Sequence record: DRR378314_2665
DNA length: 41,330 bases
Reading direction: 5' to 3' (one strand)
The notes under the pieces were generated by a model. The model worked only from the letters and a program-made list of their open reading frames with translations, was not told where the DNA came from and ran no database searches. This document shows, piece after piece, positions 19,804 to 30,218 of this stretch (positions are counted from its first letter, which is position 1; each line of letters starts with the position of its first letter). The translations under genes were made by a program, and so were the position numbers.

Positions 19804-21249
19804 TTATTTTGGTAAATTAGGAACCTTAAGTCCGGCCATAGCTTCAGCCACACGAATAACCTGGCAACTATAACCGAATTCGTTATCATACCAAACGTAC
19901 AGCACGGCTCTGTCGTCTTCAACTATTGTTGCCTGAGAGTCAACTACACCAGCATGACGTGACCCCACTAAGTCTGAAGAAACGATTTCAGTCGAAGCAG
20001 TGTAATCAATTTGGTTAGCCAATTCTGAATGCAAAGAAACCTGACGTAGATAATCGTTTAATTCATCGCGACTTGTCGACTTTTCAAAGTTCAGATTCAT
20101 TATTGCCATTGACACATTCGGGGTCGGTACGCGGATGGCATTACCTGTCAGTTTACCCGCCATTTCAGGAAGCGCTTTAGCAACGGCTTTAGCCGCGCCG
20201 GTAGAGGTAATAACCATGTTCAGAGGCGCTGAGCGACCGCGACGTTCTGCAGTATGATAGTTATCAATCAGGTTCTGATCGTTAGTGTACGAGTGAACCG
20301 TTTCTACGTGACCATTACGAATACCAAACTCGTCATTTATTGCTTTGAGCACAGGAGTAATTGCATTGGTTGTGCAGCTTGCTGCAGAAACGATTTTATC
20401 ACTGTCTTCGATCATTTTATCGTTCACGCCAAACACGATATTCTTGATATCACCTTTTGACGGGGCCGTCAGAAGCACTTTATCAACACCTTTTGATTTC
20501 AGGTGCAGACCCAGGCCATCTTCATCTTTCCAGATACCGGTATTATCGATAACAATCGCGTTATTAATACCATACTGGGTATAATCCACTTGGTCAGGTC
20601 CATTAGAGTAAATCACTTTAATACTGGTACCGTTAGCTTTTATGCTCTGGCTATCGTGATCAACGGTTATTGAACCATTGAATAAACCATGGATTGAGTC
20701 ACGACGCAGTAAACTTGCCCGCTTTTCTAAGTCGCCATCGCGACCGCCACGAACAACAATGGCACGTAAGCGCATTTTATTGTTGCCACCATTACGTTCA
20801 ATTAACTGACGAGCCAATAAGCGCCCTATCCGTCCAAAACCATATAAAACCACGTCGCGAGGTTCGATATTATCTTCTGAATCAATGATGTCCGCTAACT
20901 CACGTTTGACGTAATCTGTAACCGACAAACCGTCAGCTTTATCTCCAAACAAGTAGCCATAGGCAAGTTTGCCCAGATCAACGCGTGCCGGGGACAGTTT
21001 CAGCTCTGCCATAGCCTGCAAGAACGGAAAGCTTTCGCGTAAACGAACTTTCTGCCCTTCGTGGCGAAGAATAAGACGGTGTGCCTTAATAATATTAATG
21101 GTCGATACATTCAATAATGAACGGCCATAAACCAAAATTTCAACACCGAAGTTCCGGTACAACTTCCCAAGCAAAGGTTGCATTTGCTCGGCGAATTCCT
21201 GACGTTCCTGCCAACTTGATAAGGTTGGATCTTGCTGGTTAGAGTTCAT
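19804..21249 (-). CDS. gap: Glyceraldehyde-3-phosphate dehydrogenase, long form with N-terminal extension
   Basis: YGFGRIGR, catalytic SAASCTTNA, WYDNEFGY; about 130 extra N-terminal residues. Confidence 0.93.
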   Translation of the reverse strand: MNSNQQDPTLSSWQERQEFAEQMQPLLGKLYRNFGVEILVYGRSLLNVSTINIIKAHRLILRHEGQKVRLRESFPFLQAMAELKLSPARVDLGKLAYGYLFGDKADGLSVTDYVKRELADIIDSEDNIEPRDVVLYGFGRIGRLLARQLIERNGGNNKMRLRAIVVRGGRDGDLEKRASLLRRDSIHGLFNGSITVDHDSQSIKANGTSIKVIYSNGPDQVDYTQYGINNAIVIDNTGIWKDEDGLGLHLKSKGVDKVLLTAPSKGDIKNIVFGVNDKMIEDSDKIVSAASCTTNAITPVLKAINDEFGIRNGHVETVHSYTNDQNLIDNYHTAERRGRSAPLNMVITSTGAAKAVAKALPEMAGKLTGNAIRVPTPNVSMAIMNLNFEKSTSRDELNDYLRQVSLHSELANQIDYTASTEIVSSDLVGSRHAGVVDSQATIVEDDRAVLYVWYDNEFGYSCQVIRVAEAMAGLKVPNLPK

Positions 21250-21387
21250 AGTGAGCCCTGTCCTCTATGGTAATGTCTGTGAGCTTATAAAGTGCTACGC
21301 TTAAAAACCGCAATATTGTACTGAAAAGCTTGGCATGAAGCCAATTTTACGGAACAATTGTGTTTCACAAAAAAAATGTTGATATCT

Positions 21388-22194
21388 ATGCTAAAAAAAA
21401 TTGTTATTACAAGTGCTGCTCTCGCTTTAACCGGATGTATGGAAGGAAAGCCGTCAGTCAGTAAAATCTGCGAGTCTACTCCTGGTATTTGTAGCGATTT
21501 AAATACCGATAACTGGTGCAACGTAGAACGTAGCGAACTTATTTACAGTCGTTATGAACGTAGTCTAAACGATACGAGCGAAAACCAGTATTTCGTCATG
21601 CGGGATCTGGAAAAGTACTCAAAATGTATCGAGCTGGCTGCAACACTTGAAATGACAAAATCAAAACAGAAGCAGTCGGATCGTTTAGAGGCCTTTATTA
21701 ACTCACGAAAAAATATAGAGAAGCTGGCTGACGAGACCGCCGATTCCGAACACCCTCTATGGCTATACTGGCATTGGGCCAACCGAAGCGACCATGAAGC
21801 ACTGGATAAGCTTCTCGCACTAGAGGGCAGCAAAAAAATGGAAACGCCTGAACTTAAACTAGCGCTAGCCACCTATTATACCAAGAAAGACTCGGAAAAA
21901 ACCTTTGAGCTTCTGTACAGCGCACTCCGACTGTATCGCCCCGATGACAAAGTAAACCCTGAAATACCTTCAACTTTAGTTTCTATGTATTTAAAAGAAG
22001 GTAATGGTCCTGAAGCTTATGTCTGGTCCCAGGTTGCCTGGCAGTTCGGCCAGAAAAACCTGGATAAAAACAGTATGAAATCAATTGTTAATGCCAGCGA
22101 AGACCAATACGACGACTGGGATGATCGCGCTGAAGCGATTGTCGATAAAGTTGAAAAGGGTAAATTCCGCGGTTACTACTCATCGTCTTCGTGA
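21388..22194 (+). CDS. DUF2989-like lipoprotein
   Basis: Lipobox LALTGC, Cys-containing N-terminus (IC...P.IC.DLN.D.WC), helical Sel1/TPR-like body, next to msrB. Start is either 21376 or 21388. Confidence 0.7.
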   Translation: MLKKIVITSAALALTGCMEGKPSVSKICESTPGICSDLNTDNWCNVERSELIYSRYERSLNDTSENQYFVMRDLEKYSKCIELAATLEMTKSKQKQSDRLEAFINSRKNIEKLADETADSEHPLWLYWHWANRSDHEALDKLLALEGSKKMETPELKLALATYYTKKDSEKTFELLYSALRLYRPDDKVNPEIPSTLVSMYLKEGNGPEAYVWSQVAWQFGQKNLDKNSMKSIVNASEDQYDDWDDRAEAIVDKVEKGKFRGYYSSSS

Positions 22195-22577
22195 CGCATC
22201 GCTAGTGAGTTAACGCAATAGCGTTGTCCAGTTTCTGTTGGGCCATCGTCAAATACGTGGCCCAAATGCCCACCACATTGACTGCAGAGTATTTCTGTAC
22301 GGGTCATGCCATGGCTTGAATCTTTTACATAGTCAATTGAGCCTTTTATGGCTTCATCAAAACTTGGCCAGCCGCAATGTGCATCAAATTGATGTCCTGC
22401 TTCAAAAAGTTTCTGACCGCAACCGGCACAACGGTAAACGCCGTCTTTATCACAGCTTAAATACTTTCCGGAAAACGGCCGTTCAGTGCCCTTTTCTCTC
22501 AGTACATAATAAGCTTCATCGCCTAATATTTCGCGCCACTCCTGTTCACTTTTGTTACTCCAGTCGTGTTCACTCAT
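22176..22577 (-). CDS. msrB: Peptide-methionine (R)-S-oxide reductase
   Basis: GTERPFSG, two CxxC Zn sites, CGWPSF, HLGHVFDDGP, RYCVNS. Confidence 0.96.
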   Translation of the reverse strand: MSEHDWSNKSEQEWREILGDEAYYVLREKGTERPFSGKYLSCDKDGVYRCAGCGQKLFEAGHQFDAHCGWPSFDEAIKGSIDYVKDSSHGMTRTEILCSQCGGHLGHVFDDGPTETGQRYCVNSLAMRHEDDE

Positions 22578-22680
22578 ATTTGCTTAACTCCTTTATCTTT
22601 CAATTAAATTTCGTACTACTGTAACAGTCCATGTGCTAAACTTAAGCTTAAATTCATGGGTAAATTTGCTGAGGTTTTGC

Positions 22681-24111
22681 ATGCTTCGTCGTACCAAAAT
22701 TGTAACTACTCTCGGGCCTGCCACTGACTCTGAGGAAACACTCAGAGAGTTAATAAAAGCGGGTGCCAATGTTGTTCGTTTAAACTTTTCTCACGGCAAT
22801 GGTGACGATCACAAGCAGCGCGCTTCCATGGTCAGAAAAATTGCCCGGGAATTAAACGCCCATATTGCCATTTTAGGCGACTTGCAGGGACCAAAAATTC
22901 GAGTTGCCCGCTTTCAACAAAAACAAATTACGTTGGCTGTCGGTGATAAGTTCATTTTAGACGCTGAGCTTGGAAAAGACAGCGGCAATCAGGAACGTGT
23001 TGGCCTCGACTATAAAGACCTGCCAACAGATGTCAGTCCTGGCGATCTTCTCTTACTGGATGATGGTCGTATCCAGTTAAAAGTTGAAGAAATTGATGGT
23101 AGCCAGGTTAAAACAGAAGTCACCGTTGGCGGCGTGCTTTCTAATAATAAAGGTATTAACCGTCAGGGTGGTGGTTTGTCAGCTGCCGCATTAACGGAAA
23201 AAGATTTAGCCGATATTAAGCTCGCAGCAGAAATCAATGTAGATTACCTGGCGGTTTCATTCCCTCGCTCTGGCGATGATATTAACCAGGCTCGGCACTT
23301 GCTCCGCGAAGCTGGTGGACAAGGCGTATTATGCGCTAAAATTGAACGCGCAGAAGCCGTTGCCAGCGAACATGCATTAGATGACATTATCAGAGCATCC
23401 GATGCCGTTATGGTTGCCCGTGGCGATTTAGGCGTCGAAATTGGTGATGCGCAATTGGTGGGTAAGCAAAAACAAATTATTTCGCGTGCACGCCAACTAA
23501 ACCGTGTGGTTATTACCGCGACTCAAATGATGGAGTCGATGATTGAAAACCCAATGCCAACCCGCGCCGAAGTGATGGATGTTGCCAACGCCGTATTGGA
23601 TGGTACAGATGCCGTAATGCTGTCGGCTGAGACGGCTGCCGGTAAACATCCAGTAGCAACCGTAAAAGCCATGGCTGAAATTTGCCTGGGTGCAGAAACA
23701 CATCCAACCGCTCAGTTACGCCACCAGGATCTGGAAGAAATGTTTTCCAGCATTACCGAGGCGACAGCCATGTCTGCCATGTACGCAGCCACCCACTTGA
23801 ATGGGGTCAAGGCCATTATAGCGTTAACTGAATCCGGTTTTACTGCCAAGCTTATGTCGAGAATTACTTCTCATTTACCGATATTTGCATTATCCCGCCA
23901 TCCGCAAAGTCGCGACAAATCAGCTCTATACCGTGGTGTTTACCCTATAGATTTCGATTCTACTAGTGTCAGTAATCCGATAACTGAAGCTATTGAGGTA
24001 GTGAAAAAGAGTGGGCACATAAAAGCCGGTGATTTAATCATACTAACCCACGGCGATGTAATGGAAACCGTGGGCTCAAGTAATACCTGTAAGATGATAG
24101 AAGTTCGTTAA
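22681..24111 (+). CDS. pyk: Pyruvate kinase
   Basis: [43 protein letters not shown] 22681 with GAGG RBS. Confidence 0.97.
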   Translation: MLRRTKIVTTLGPATDSEETLRELIKAGANVVRLNFSHGNGDDHKQRASMVRKIARELNAHIAILGDLQGPKIRVARFQQKQITLAVGDKFILDAELGKDSGNQERVGLDYKDLPTDVSPGDLLLLDDGRIQLKVEEIDGSQVKTEVTVGGVLSNNKGINRQGGGLSAAALTEKDLADIKLAAEINVDYLAVSFPRSGDDINQARHLLREAGGQGVLCAKIERAEAVASEHALDDIIRASDAVMVARGDLGVEIGDAQLVGKQKQIISRARQLNRVVITATQMMESMIENPMPTRAEVMDVANAVLDGTDAVMLSAETAAGKHPVATVKAMAEICLGAETHPTAQLRHQDLEEMFSSITEATAMSAMYAATHLNGVKAIIALTESGFTAKLMSRITSHLPIFALSRHPQSRDKSALYRGVYPIDFDSTSVSNPITEAIEVVKKSGHIKAGDLIILTHGDVMETVGSSNTCKMIEVR

Positions 24112-24953
24112 TCGTTAAAATCATTAATTAAAGAATCAAGAAGGTCGATGTATTCATCGGCCTTTTCTATCACTTTTTTACGTTGTTCCCCAGTCAGGCT
24201 CTGATACATATCCCACAAGAACTCTTTACGAAGCTGGCTATTTTTATCCGCTTTTTGCTGAAGCTCTTCGCTTCTTAATTGTTGTGGGTCAAGAATCAAT
24301 GCTGATAATTGATTTTCATCTACAGGTTGCTTCAGCAACGCTTTCTCAAATTCACCTAACCAATTTGAGCGATAGCTTAACCATTGCTCACGTAATTCAG
24401 GAGAATCAGCCACCCAGCTGCGTAATAACTTATCCTGCTCTTTAGTCAGAGAACCAATGATATCTTCTAAGTCCTCTTCCACTTCCGAAATGCGGTCCAG
24501 CCTTCTTAGTATCGGGTTCTCTTCCTGGTCGTCCTGAAAGCGCTGATAACGCTCTTCCTGCGCTTCTTCTAATCGACGGATAAGTTGTTGCCGTTGTTTG
24601 AGTGAAAGAGTCGCTAATAAGCCCGCTTCGGCTTCTGTTCGTACTAAAACATTATCCCAGAACGTCCAGAGCTTATCTTCAAATTTGCTGATATCGTTTT
24701 TGCTCAGCGTCTGCTTATCGACCTTATCTCTCAGGTTTTTCAGTTCATCTCTGTACAACGGGAGCTGAGTTTGTGCATGCCAAAGATGCATTTCATCAAC
24801 TTTCTCTGCTAGCAGCTCTTCCTGCTCACCGGTTAAGTCAACGTAATCCTTTACTTTCCACTCAACCAGAGTGTCAGCAAACTTGTAGCCAAGGTTCGCC
24901 GTACACCCTGCTATCAGGATTAAAAAGGTTATTACTGCCAGCAGTCGATACAT
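24108..24953 (-). CDS. Lipoprotein, DUF6279-like
   Basis: Lipobox LIAGC, 'Y..AD.LV.W.V.DYVDL..EQ', 'WH..TQLP.Y'; all-helical. Confidence 0.7.
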   Translation of the reverse strand: MYRLLAVITFLILIAGCTANLGYKFADTLVEWKVKDYVDLTGEQEELLAEKVDEMHLWHAQTQLPLYRDELKNLRDKVDKQTLSKNDISKFEDKLWTFWDNVLVRTEAEAGLLATLSLKQRQQLIRRLEEAQEERYQRFQDDQEENPILRRLDRISEVEEDLEDIIGSLTKEQDKLLRSWVADSPELREQWLSYRSNWLGEFEKALLKQPVDENQLSALILDPQQLRSEELQQKADKNSQLRKEFLWDMYQSLTGEQRKKVIEKADEYIDLLDSLINDFND

Positions 24954-24955
24954 GA

Positions 24956-25774
24956 TTAGCTCAGAATAAGTTGTTTAATACGGTCTTTATAACTACGACT
25001 TACTTTCAGTTTTTGACCATTTTTTAATTGTAAATGATATTCGCCATTTTGTTGGTTACAGAGCTTTTCAACCTGTTTAATGTTAACAATGGCGGAACGA
25101 TGAACCCGCTGAAACAGCTTAGGGTTTAAGTCCTGCTCCAGTTCTTTCATTGTGCGTCGCAGAATGTGGGTATCGTCACCGGCATGTATACACATGTAAT
25201 CTCCAGCGGCATCAATCCACTTAATGTCTTTGACGGCAACCCGGGTTATCTCACCGCTGTCCTTTATAGCGATATATTCCGGATATTGGTCTGCGGTAAT
25301 ACTTTCGCCTGAAGCCAGCTTCTCTAATAGAGTATGCGTATCTTGCCCGGTTACCTCCGCAACTAAACTGATCAGTTTTTCCTGGTGCTCGTCGTTAACC
25401 GTCTGATGCTCGCTTATAACGCGGTTAACGCATTCAGCCAAGCGGTCGTCATCAACGGGCTTCAACAAATAATCTAACGCCCTGACTTCAAAGGCTTTGA
25501 TAGCGTAAGTGTCATAAGCTGTTACAAAAACAACGACTGGCAACTCATGTCCCTTCTCCTGCACAGCTTTTAATACTTCAAAGCCATTAAGCCCGGGCAT
25601 TTGTATATCGAGAAAAATCAGATCAGGTTTATTTTCGATAATGATATCGACGGCTTCCCTGCTGCTTTTGCACTCGGGCATTAACTGCAGTTGCTCAAAC
25701 GCCTGTAAACGAATAGCCAACCCCTTTCTGGCGAGGGGCTCATCGTCAATAACCAGGGTTTTCAATCGATTCAT
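24956..25774 (-). CDS. LytTR/AlgR-family response regulator
   Basis: REC domain (IDDEPLAR, FLDIQMP, FVTAY, DYLLKP) plus LytTR (FQRVHRSAIVN, KVSRSY). Start 25774 overlaps the kinase stop (ATGA). Confidence 0.94.
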   Translation of the reverse strand: MNRLKTLVIDDEPLARKGLAIRLQAFEQLQLMPECKSSREAVDIIIENKPDLIFLDIQMPGLNGFEVLKAVQEKGHELPVVVFVTAYDTYAIKAFEVRALDYLLKPVDDDRLAECVNRVISEHQTVNDEHQEKLISLVAEVTGQDTHTLLEKLASGESITADQYPEYIAIKDSGEITRVAVKDIKWIDAAGDYMCIHAGDDTHILRRTMKELEQDLNPKLFQRVHRSAIVNIKQVEKLCNQQNGEYHLQLKNGQKLKVSRSYKDRIKQLILS

Positions 25775-26865
25775 CTTTGACTCTCCAACATTTCCATCGG
25801 AATGGTAATACGAACACAAAGACCGCTCTCAGCACCTTTTAGCATTTCAAACCTATACTGCTTACCATATAAGGATTTAAGCCTTTGACGAGTGTTATTA
25901 AGCCCGACACCGTCTTTGCGGAATAGCTTTTCCGGATCCGTTTCAATTTTCGGCCCATTATCACACACCTCCAAAATCAGATTCTCTTTTTCTGACCAGG
26001 AACGAACTCTGATTTTCCCCACCCCTTCTACATTTGAAATGGCGTACTTAATTGAGTTCTCGATTAAAGGCTGACAAATTAAACTAGGAACCAGGGCATT
26101 CTTGGTTTCATCTGACAAATGAATGTCAATTTCAAGCTGCTCGTCAAAACGTACTTTTTCGATATCCAGATACAAAAGCAAGGCATCCACTTCTTTTTCC
26201 AGAGTCACTTTTTTAATCGGTTCATTATCTAAAGAAAAACGCAGGAAGTGGCTTAGCTTATTCACCATCAAATTGGCTTTTTCATTCTCTTTGAGCAAAA
26301 TAAGCGTAGAAATTGCGTTTAAGGTATTAAACAAAAAATGCGGATTGAGCTGGTATCGCAGCATTTTCAACTGCGCCTGATGCGCCATAGACGAAGCCAG
26401 TAACGCTTTTTGCTTCTCTTCCTGCAGCATCTGATAATACTTAATACCAAAATAAAGTCCGCTCCAGCTAAGAATGATATAAAACTTGGCCAAACTGTTT
26501 TTCAAATAGAAAAAGGGACTGTCCGGACGAAAACCGAATTTATAAATTTCCCAGTAAGTTGCGTTATCAACAATGGCCCAGGCTACAGCGGTAACATAAG
26601 ACACCACAATGGCAATTAAAACCATAAGCGCCGGGGGGAACTCCCATATACGCCGGTACAAATAGCGAAGCGGAATCGTACTCAAAAAGCCGGCATACGC
26701 CCCCAAAATAATAATGAGGGTGTAGATATCCCGCATTTCATGCATTAGTGACCCTATGTAGTTCACTAACGCATAACCTATCCAGCCTCCCGCCTGCAGC
26801 AACCAGAAGAACCTGTTACGGTTATCCATCAATAGTTGCCACTGCGTTTTTATCGGTTTCTCCAT
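25771..26865 (-). CDS. LytS/AlgZ-type sensor histidine kinase
   Basis: About 4 TM helices, then LRYQLNPHFLFNTLN, IEKVRF, QPLIENSIKY, DNGP, GVGLNNTRQRL. Confidence 0.93.
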   Translation of the reverse strand: MEKPIKTQWQLLMDNRNRFFWLLQAGGWIGYALVNYIGSLMHEMRDIYTLIIILGAYAGFLSTIPLRYLYRRIWEFPPALMVLIAIVVSYVTAVAWAIVDNATYWEIYKFGFRPDSPFFYLKNSLAKFYIILSWSGLYFGIKYYQMLQEEKQKALLASSMAHQAQLKMLRYQLNPHFLFNTLNAISTLILLKENEKANLMVNKLSHFLRFSLDNEPIKKVTLEKEVDALLLYLDIEKVRFDEQLEIDIHLSDETKNALVPSLICQPLIENSIKYAISNVEGVGKIRVRSWSEKENLILEVCDNGPKIETDPEKLFRKDGVGLNNTRQRLKSLYGKQYRFEMLKGAESGLCVRITIPMEMLESQR

Positions 26866-27554
26866 TATGTTGAGGACTCTAAACGCGATAACTCGTCAAT
26901 ATCCACAAGGCTTCCGGAGAAAAGAGAGTTAACCTCATCTTTCTGGTTCCCCATAAACTGCACACCTAACTCAAGCTGGTCATCCACTTGCTTTACCTGC
27001 CGGACTATAGCTTTAAGGGTTAAGTCGCCGTTATTTTTCTGTTCTATTTTAAGAACAATTTTGCTGCCATTTTCCCAAAGCTCGTCTATTTTACCTTCAG
27101 GCTTTTCATGCTTTAGGCGACACCCACTTTCAGAGACATCCAGCACGTGTCCTCTGAAAGTATTCTCCTCGCCTTTTACCGACTGCCCTGAGACTGAAGC
27201 AGGTAAAAAGGCGTCAAATCGACGCCCTTTTCTAATAATCCGATGCTCAATCTGATTTGGCCACATAATAAAAAGCATTTTCGTCGGGTGTGAGATCACA
27301 TAGCTTATTTCACTGCGAAACGCACAAATTTCACCACTTTCGTTTTCCAGAACAAAGCGGACAATAACCGGTGTTTTCTCCTGCAAAAGATCACGCATGT
27401 CATTGTATTTACGCGCGTCGGGCATATTAACGATGACCCAGCGCTCGTTAACCGCACCAATAAACTCCGAATAAAACCGAGCCGGAACGTTCGAATTGGA
27501 CAGTTGAACTTCTATTTTCTGACCTGTAACGAGCTGCGAAATTTTGCTTGGCAT
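26865..27554 (-). CDS. PilZ-domain c-di-GMP-binding protein (YcgR/flagellar-brake-like)
   Basis: N-terminal YcgR-like domain; PilZ motifs RKGRR (RxxxR) and DVSESG (DxSxxG). Confidence 0.85.
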   Translation of the reverse strand: MPSKISQLVTGQKIEVQLSNSNVPARFYSEFIGAVNERWVIVNMPDARKYNDMRDLLQEKTPVIVRFVLENESGEICAFRSEISYVISHPTKMLFIMWPNQIEHRIIRKGRRFDAFLPASVSGQSVKGEENTFRGHVLDVSESGCRLKHEKPEGKIDELWENGSKIVLKIEQKNNGDLTLKAIVRQVKQVDDQLELGVQFMGNQKDEVNSLFSGSLVDIDELSRLESST

Positions 27555-27630
27555 AGGGGTCTCTTTGCGATGAATCAATATGTTACTATGATCGCTAGTT
27601 GTCAGGCTGTGTCAAGCAAAGGAGAGTATC

Positions 27631-29400
27631 TTGATCGCTTACGATATAACACCCATCGATTTACATGGGCATTTATTTAATGTCTCTCTCACTATTGAAC
27701 AAACGAACGATGAGCAGGAACTCTGGTTACCTAACTGGATTCCGGGCAGTTATTTAATACGGGATTTTAGTAAGCACATTATTGGTTTACACGCCGAGAG
27801 TAACGGCCTTTCCCTGCCGGTTAAGCAAATAAGTAAGAACCGCTGGCAACTGGCTCGTTCGAAGCATCCTGTTACTGTGCACTATCAGGTATACGCCTGG
27901 GACCTATCGGTTCGTTCGGCTTATCTGGACCAGTTTCAGGGTTTCTTTAATAATACCAGCCTGTGTCTTGCAGTTGAGGGACAAACCGACCTTCCCTGTG
28001 AACTGCACTTGCATGCGCCGCCAGAAGCCCCTCTGTGGAAGGTCGCAACCGGGATGCCCCGAAAAAGTGGGCAACCACATTCCTGGGGAAGCTTCCGAGC
28101 CGATAATTATGATGCGCTAATTGACTATCCTTTTTTAATTGGAGACTTAACCATTGAGGAGTTTATTGCTCACGGCATTAAGCACTCTCTGGTCTTAAGC
28201 GGCCGCCATTATGCTGATACCTCGCGCATAACGGCAGATTTAGCCAAAATTTGCGAAACTCAGATTAGCCTGTTTGAAGAAGCACCTTTTCAGTCTTATA
28301 CCTTCCTGACCATGGTGGTAGGAAATGGTTTCGGCGGACTCGAACACAGAAATTCAACCGCACTACTTTGCAGCCGTAAAGATTTAATCAGTGCTCATCA
28401 ATACGAAATGAATGACAACTATCAAACCTTTTTGAGCCTGTGTTGCCACGAATACTTCCACAGCTGGAATATTAAAACTCTGAAACCAAAGGCTTTTCTT
28501 CCTTATCAGTTGGAGAAAGAGTCGTACACTGAGCAACTCTGGTTCTACGAAGGTATGACATCCTACTTTGACGATTACCTTTTGCACACCAGCGGCATTA
28601 TTGACGAAAAGCGTTATTTAAAGCTTTTGGGTGACACTCTATCGCGGGTTGAGCGTGGTGCCGGGCAATACCAACAAAGCGTGACAGAGTCGAGCTTTCT
28701 GGCCTGGACTAAGTTTTATCAGCAGAACGAGAATGCGCCGAACAGTATTGTCAGCTATTACGCGAAAGGTGCATTAATAGCACTTAGCCTCGATCTCATG
28801 TTGCGTCTGCAATCCGACCATAAACTGACGCTTGCAAGAGTCATGAAAGAGCTTTGGCATGAGTTTGGTAAAACATCTATTGGTACAGCCGACGACACAG
28901 TCATTAATTGGCTAAACCAGTATCCGGGCATTGATATTTCGGACTTCCTAAAAGACGCTTTATACAACAAAGAATCGCTGTCGCTTGTGGAGTTACTGCA
29001 AAACTTTGGCGTTATGGTTCAAAAACAGGTGCCCGTTGATGATAACAGCGTCGGTGGAAAAGCGTCAGAACAGCCTGCGCGTGTCAACTTTGGGGCTAAG
29101 TACAAAGCATCACCGCAGGGTTTGGACGTTCTTAATGTGTATCATGATGAAAGCGCTTATCACGCAGGTCTTTCTGCAGGCGACAAAATCATCGCAATTG
29201 ATCATTTGCAGGCCACTGAGCAGTCGGTTAAACGAATTCTGGAGCGGTATATTCCCGGAGACACGGTGACAATTCATGCGTTTCGCCGGGACGAGCTAAT
29301 GACACTGGAGCTTACCTGGCAAGAACCCGCTAAAAGCAGCTATGTTTTAAGCGTAGAACAACCAGATAAGCTGAAAGGCTGGTTAACCCCTTCCGGTTAA
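27631..29400 (+). CDS. M61 glycyl aminopeptidase-like metallopeptidase with C-terminal PDZ
   Basis: WIPGSYLIRDFS, GGLEHRNST, HEYFHSWN, LWFYEGMTSY, SYYAKG. TTG start with AAGGAG RBS. Confidence 0.92.
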   Translation: MIAYDITPIDLHGHLFNVSLTIEQTNDEQELWLPNWIPGSYLIRDFSKHIIGLHAESNGLSLPVKQISKNRWQLARSKHPVTVHYQVYAWDLSVRSAYLDQFQGFFNNTSLCLAVEGQTDLPCELHLHAPPEAPLWKVATGMPRKSGQPHSWGSFRADNYDALIDYPFLIGDLTIEEFIAHGIKHSLVLSGRHYADTSRITADLAKICETQISLFEEAPFQSYTFLTMVVGNGFGGLEHRNSTALLCSRKDLISAHQYEMNDNYQTFLSLCCHEYFHSWNIKTLKPKAFLPYQLEKESYTEQLWFYEGMTSYFDDYLLHTSGIIDEKRYLKLLGDTLSRVERGAGQYQQSVTESSFLAWTKFYQQNENAPNSIVSYYAKGALIALSLDLMLRLQSDHKLTLARVMKELWHEFGKTSIGTADDTVINWLNQYPGIDISDFLKDALYNKESLSLVELLQNFGVMVQKQVPVDDNSVGGKASEQPARVNFGAKYKASPQGLDVLNVYHDESAYHAGLSAGDKIIAIDHLQATEQSVKRILERYIPGDTVTIHAFRRDELMTLELTWQEPAKSSYVLSVEQPDKLKGWLTPSG

Positions 29401-30218
29401 TCCTGATAAAGCTGGGGAAGTAACGCAGGGTCTAACCGCTCATTTCCCCAGTTAACCCGCCAGTCCAGGTGAGGTCCCGTAGCACGGCCTGTGGCACCTA
29501 TAGCACCAATTGAATCGCCCTGCTCTACTTTGTCACCAACCTCGACATGCAGTTCACTCAGGTGCAAATATGTTGTGTTCACTTTATAGCCATGTTCAAT
29601 AATGATGGTACCGCCTGAGTAAAATAAATCAGGTTCAGCCAGAACAACTTCGCCCGGCCACGGCGCTTTAACCGGAGTTCCTGTTGGCCCGGCGATATCT
29701 TGCCCATAGTGCGGGTTTCGGGGCTCGCCGTTAAAAATTCGCTGACTGCCGTAAACACCACTAATGCGGCCTTCGGCGGGTTTAGTAATTGCAGTCAAAA
29801 AATCCGTTCGTGTGGTTTCTTTTTGTCTGGCCAGCCAAACTTTTTCCGCTTCTTTTCTGGCTCGTTTTACTTGTTCAGGGTCTGGTGTCACGGTCTTTTG
29901 CGGTACACCATCGACACGATCAATCTTGTATTCACGAGGCGCCAGTTTGAGTTCCTTAGTGATAGTTTCATCGCCTTTACTGACAACTAAGGTGTTTTCT
30001 AACTCAGCCTTGCGCGGAAAACCAAAAACAATATACCCCTGCTCGGTTACCTGCAGAGCTTCGCCGTTCAGTGTTGCAGTAACACCGGGCTCAGATTTAG
30101 CCAGAATTAAAGCCCCCTGAGTCAAAGAACCTTTTATTTCCAGCGGCAAAGACTCATCGGCTGAGGCCACATTCGCCGAACACAGCGCTAAAACAGCGGC
30201 AACAATCATTTTACGCAT
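29397..30218 (-). CDS. M23-family metallopeptidase (secreted)
   Basis: Signal peptide; HYGQD, IIEHG, YLHLS, TGRATGPHLDW. Confidence 0.9.
   Translation of the reverse strand: MRKMIVAAVLALCSANVASADESLPLEIKGSLTQGALILAKSEPGVTATLNGEALQVTEQGYIVFGFPRKAELENTLVVSKGDETITKELKLAPREYKIDRVDGVPQKTVTPDPEQVKRARKEAEKVWLARQKETTRTDFLTAITKPAEGRISGVYGSQRIFNGEPRNPHYGQDIAGPTGTPVKAPWPGEVVLAEPDLFYSGGTIIIEHGYKVNTTYLHLSELHVEVGDKVEQGDSIGAIGATGRATGPHLDWRVNWGNERLDPALLPQLYQD

Noticed and set aside
21369..21400. Two A8 tracts at the start of the DUF2989 lipoprotein as a phase-variation site
   Set aside because: The tracts are short, the frame is intact, and they are explained by Lys codons of a signal peptide and AT-rich promoter DNA.
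21285..21521. 78-aa minus-strand ORF upstream of gap
   Set aside because: Antisense to the lipoprotein gene and spans the divergent promoter; no recognisable features.
26836..27255. 139-aa plus-strand ORF, representative of many 60-170-aa shadow ORFs (e.g. 3483-3986, 9896-10309, 22238-22624, 29764-30120)
   Set aside because: They lie antisense to, or out of frame within, well-supported genes and have no motifs or RBS.
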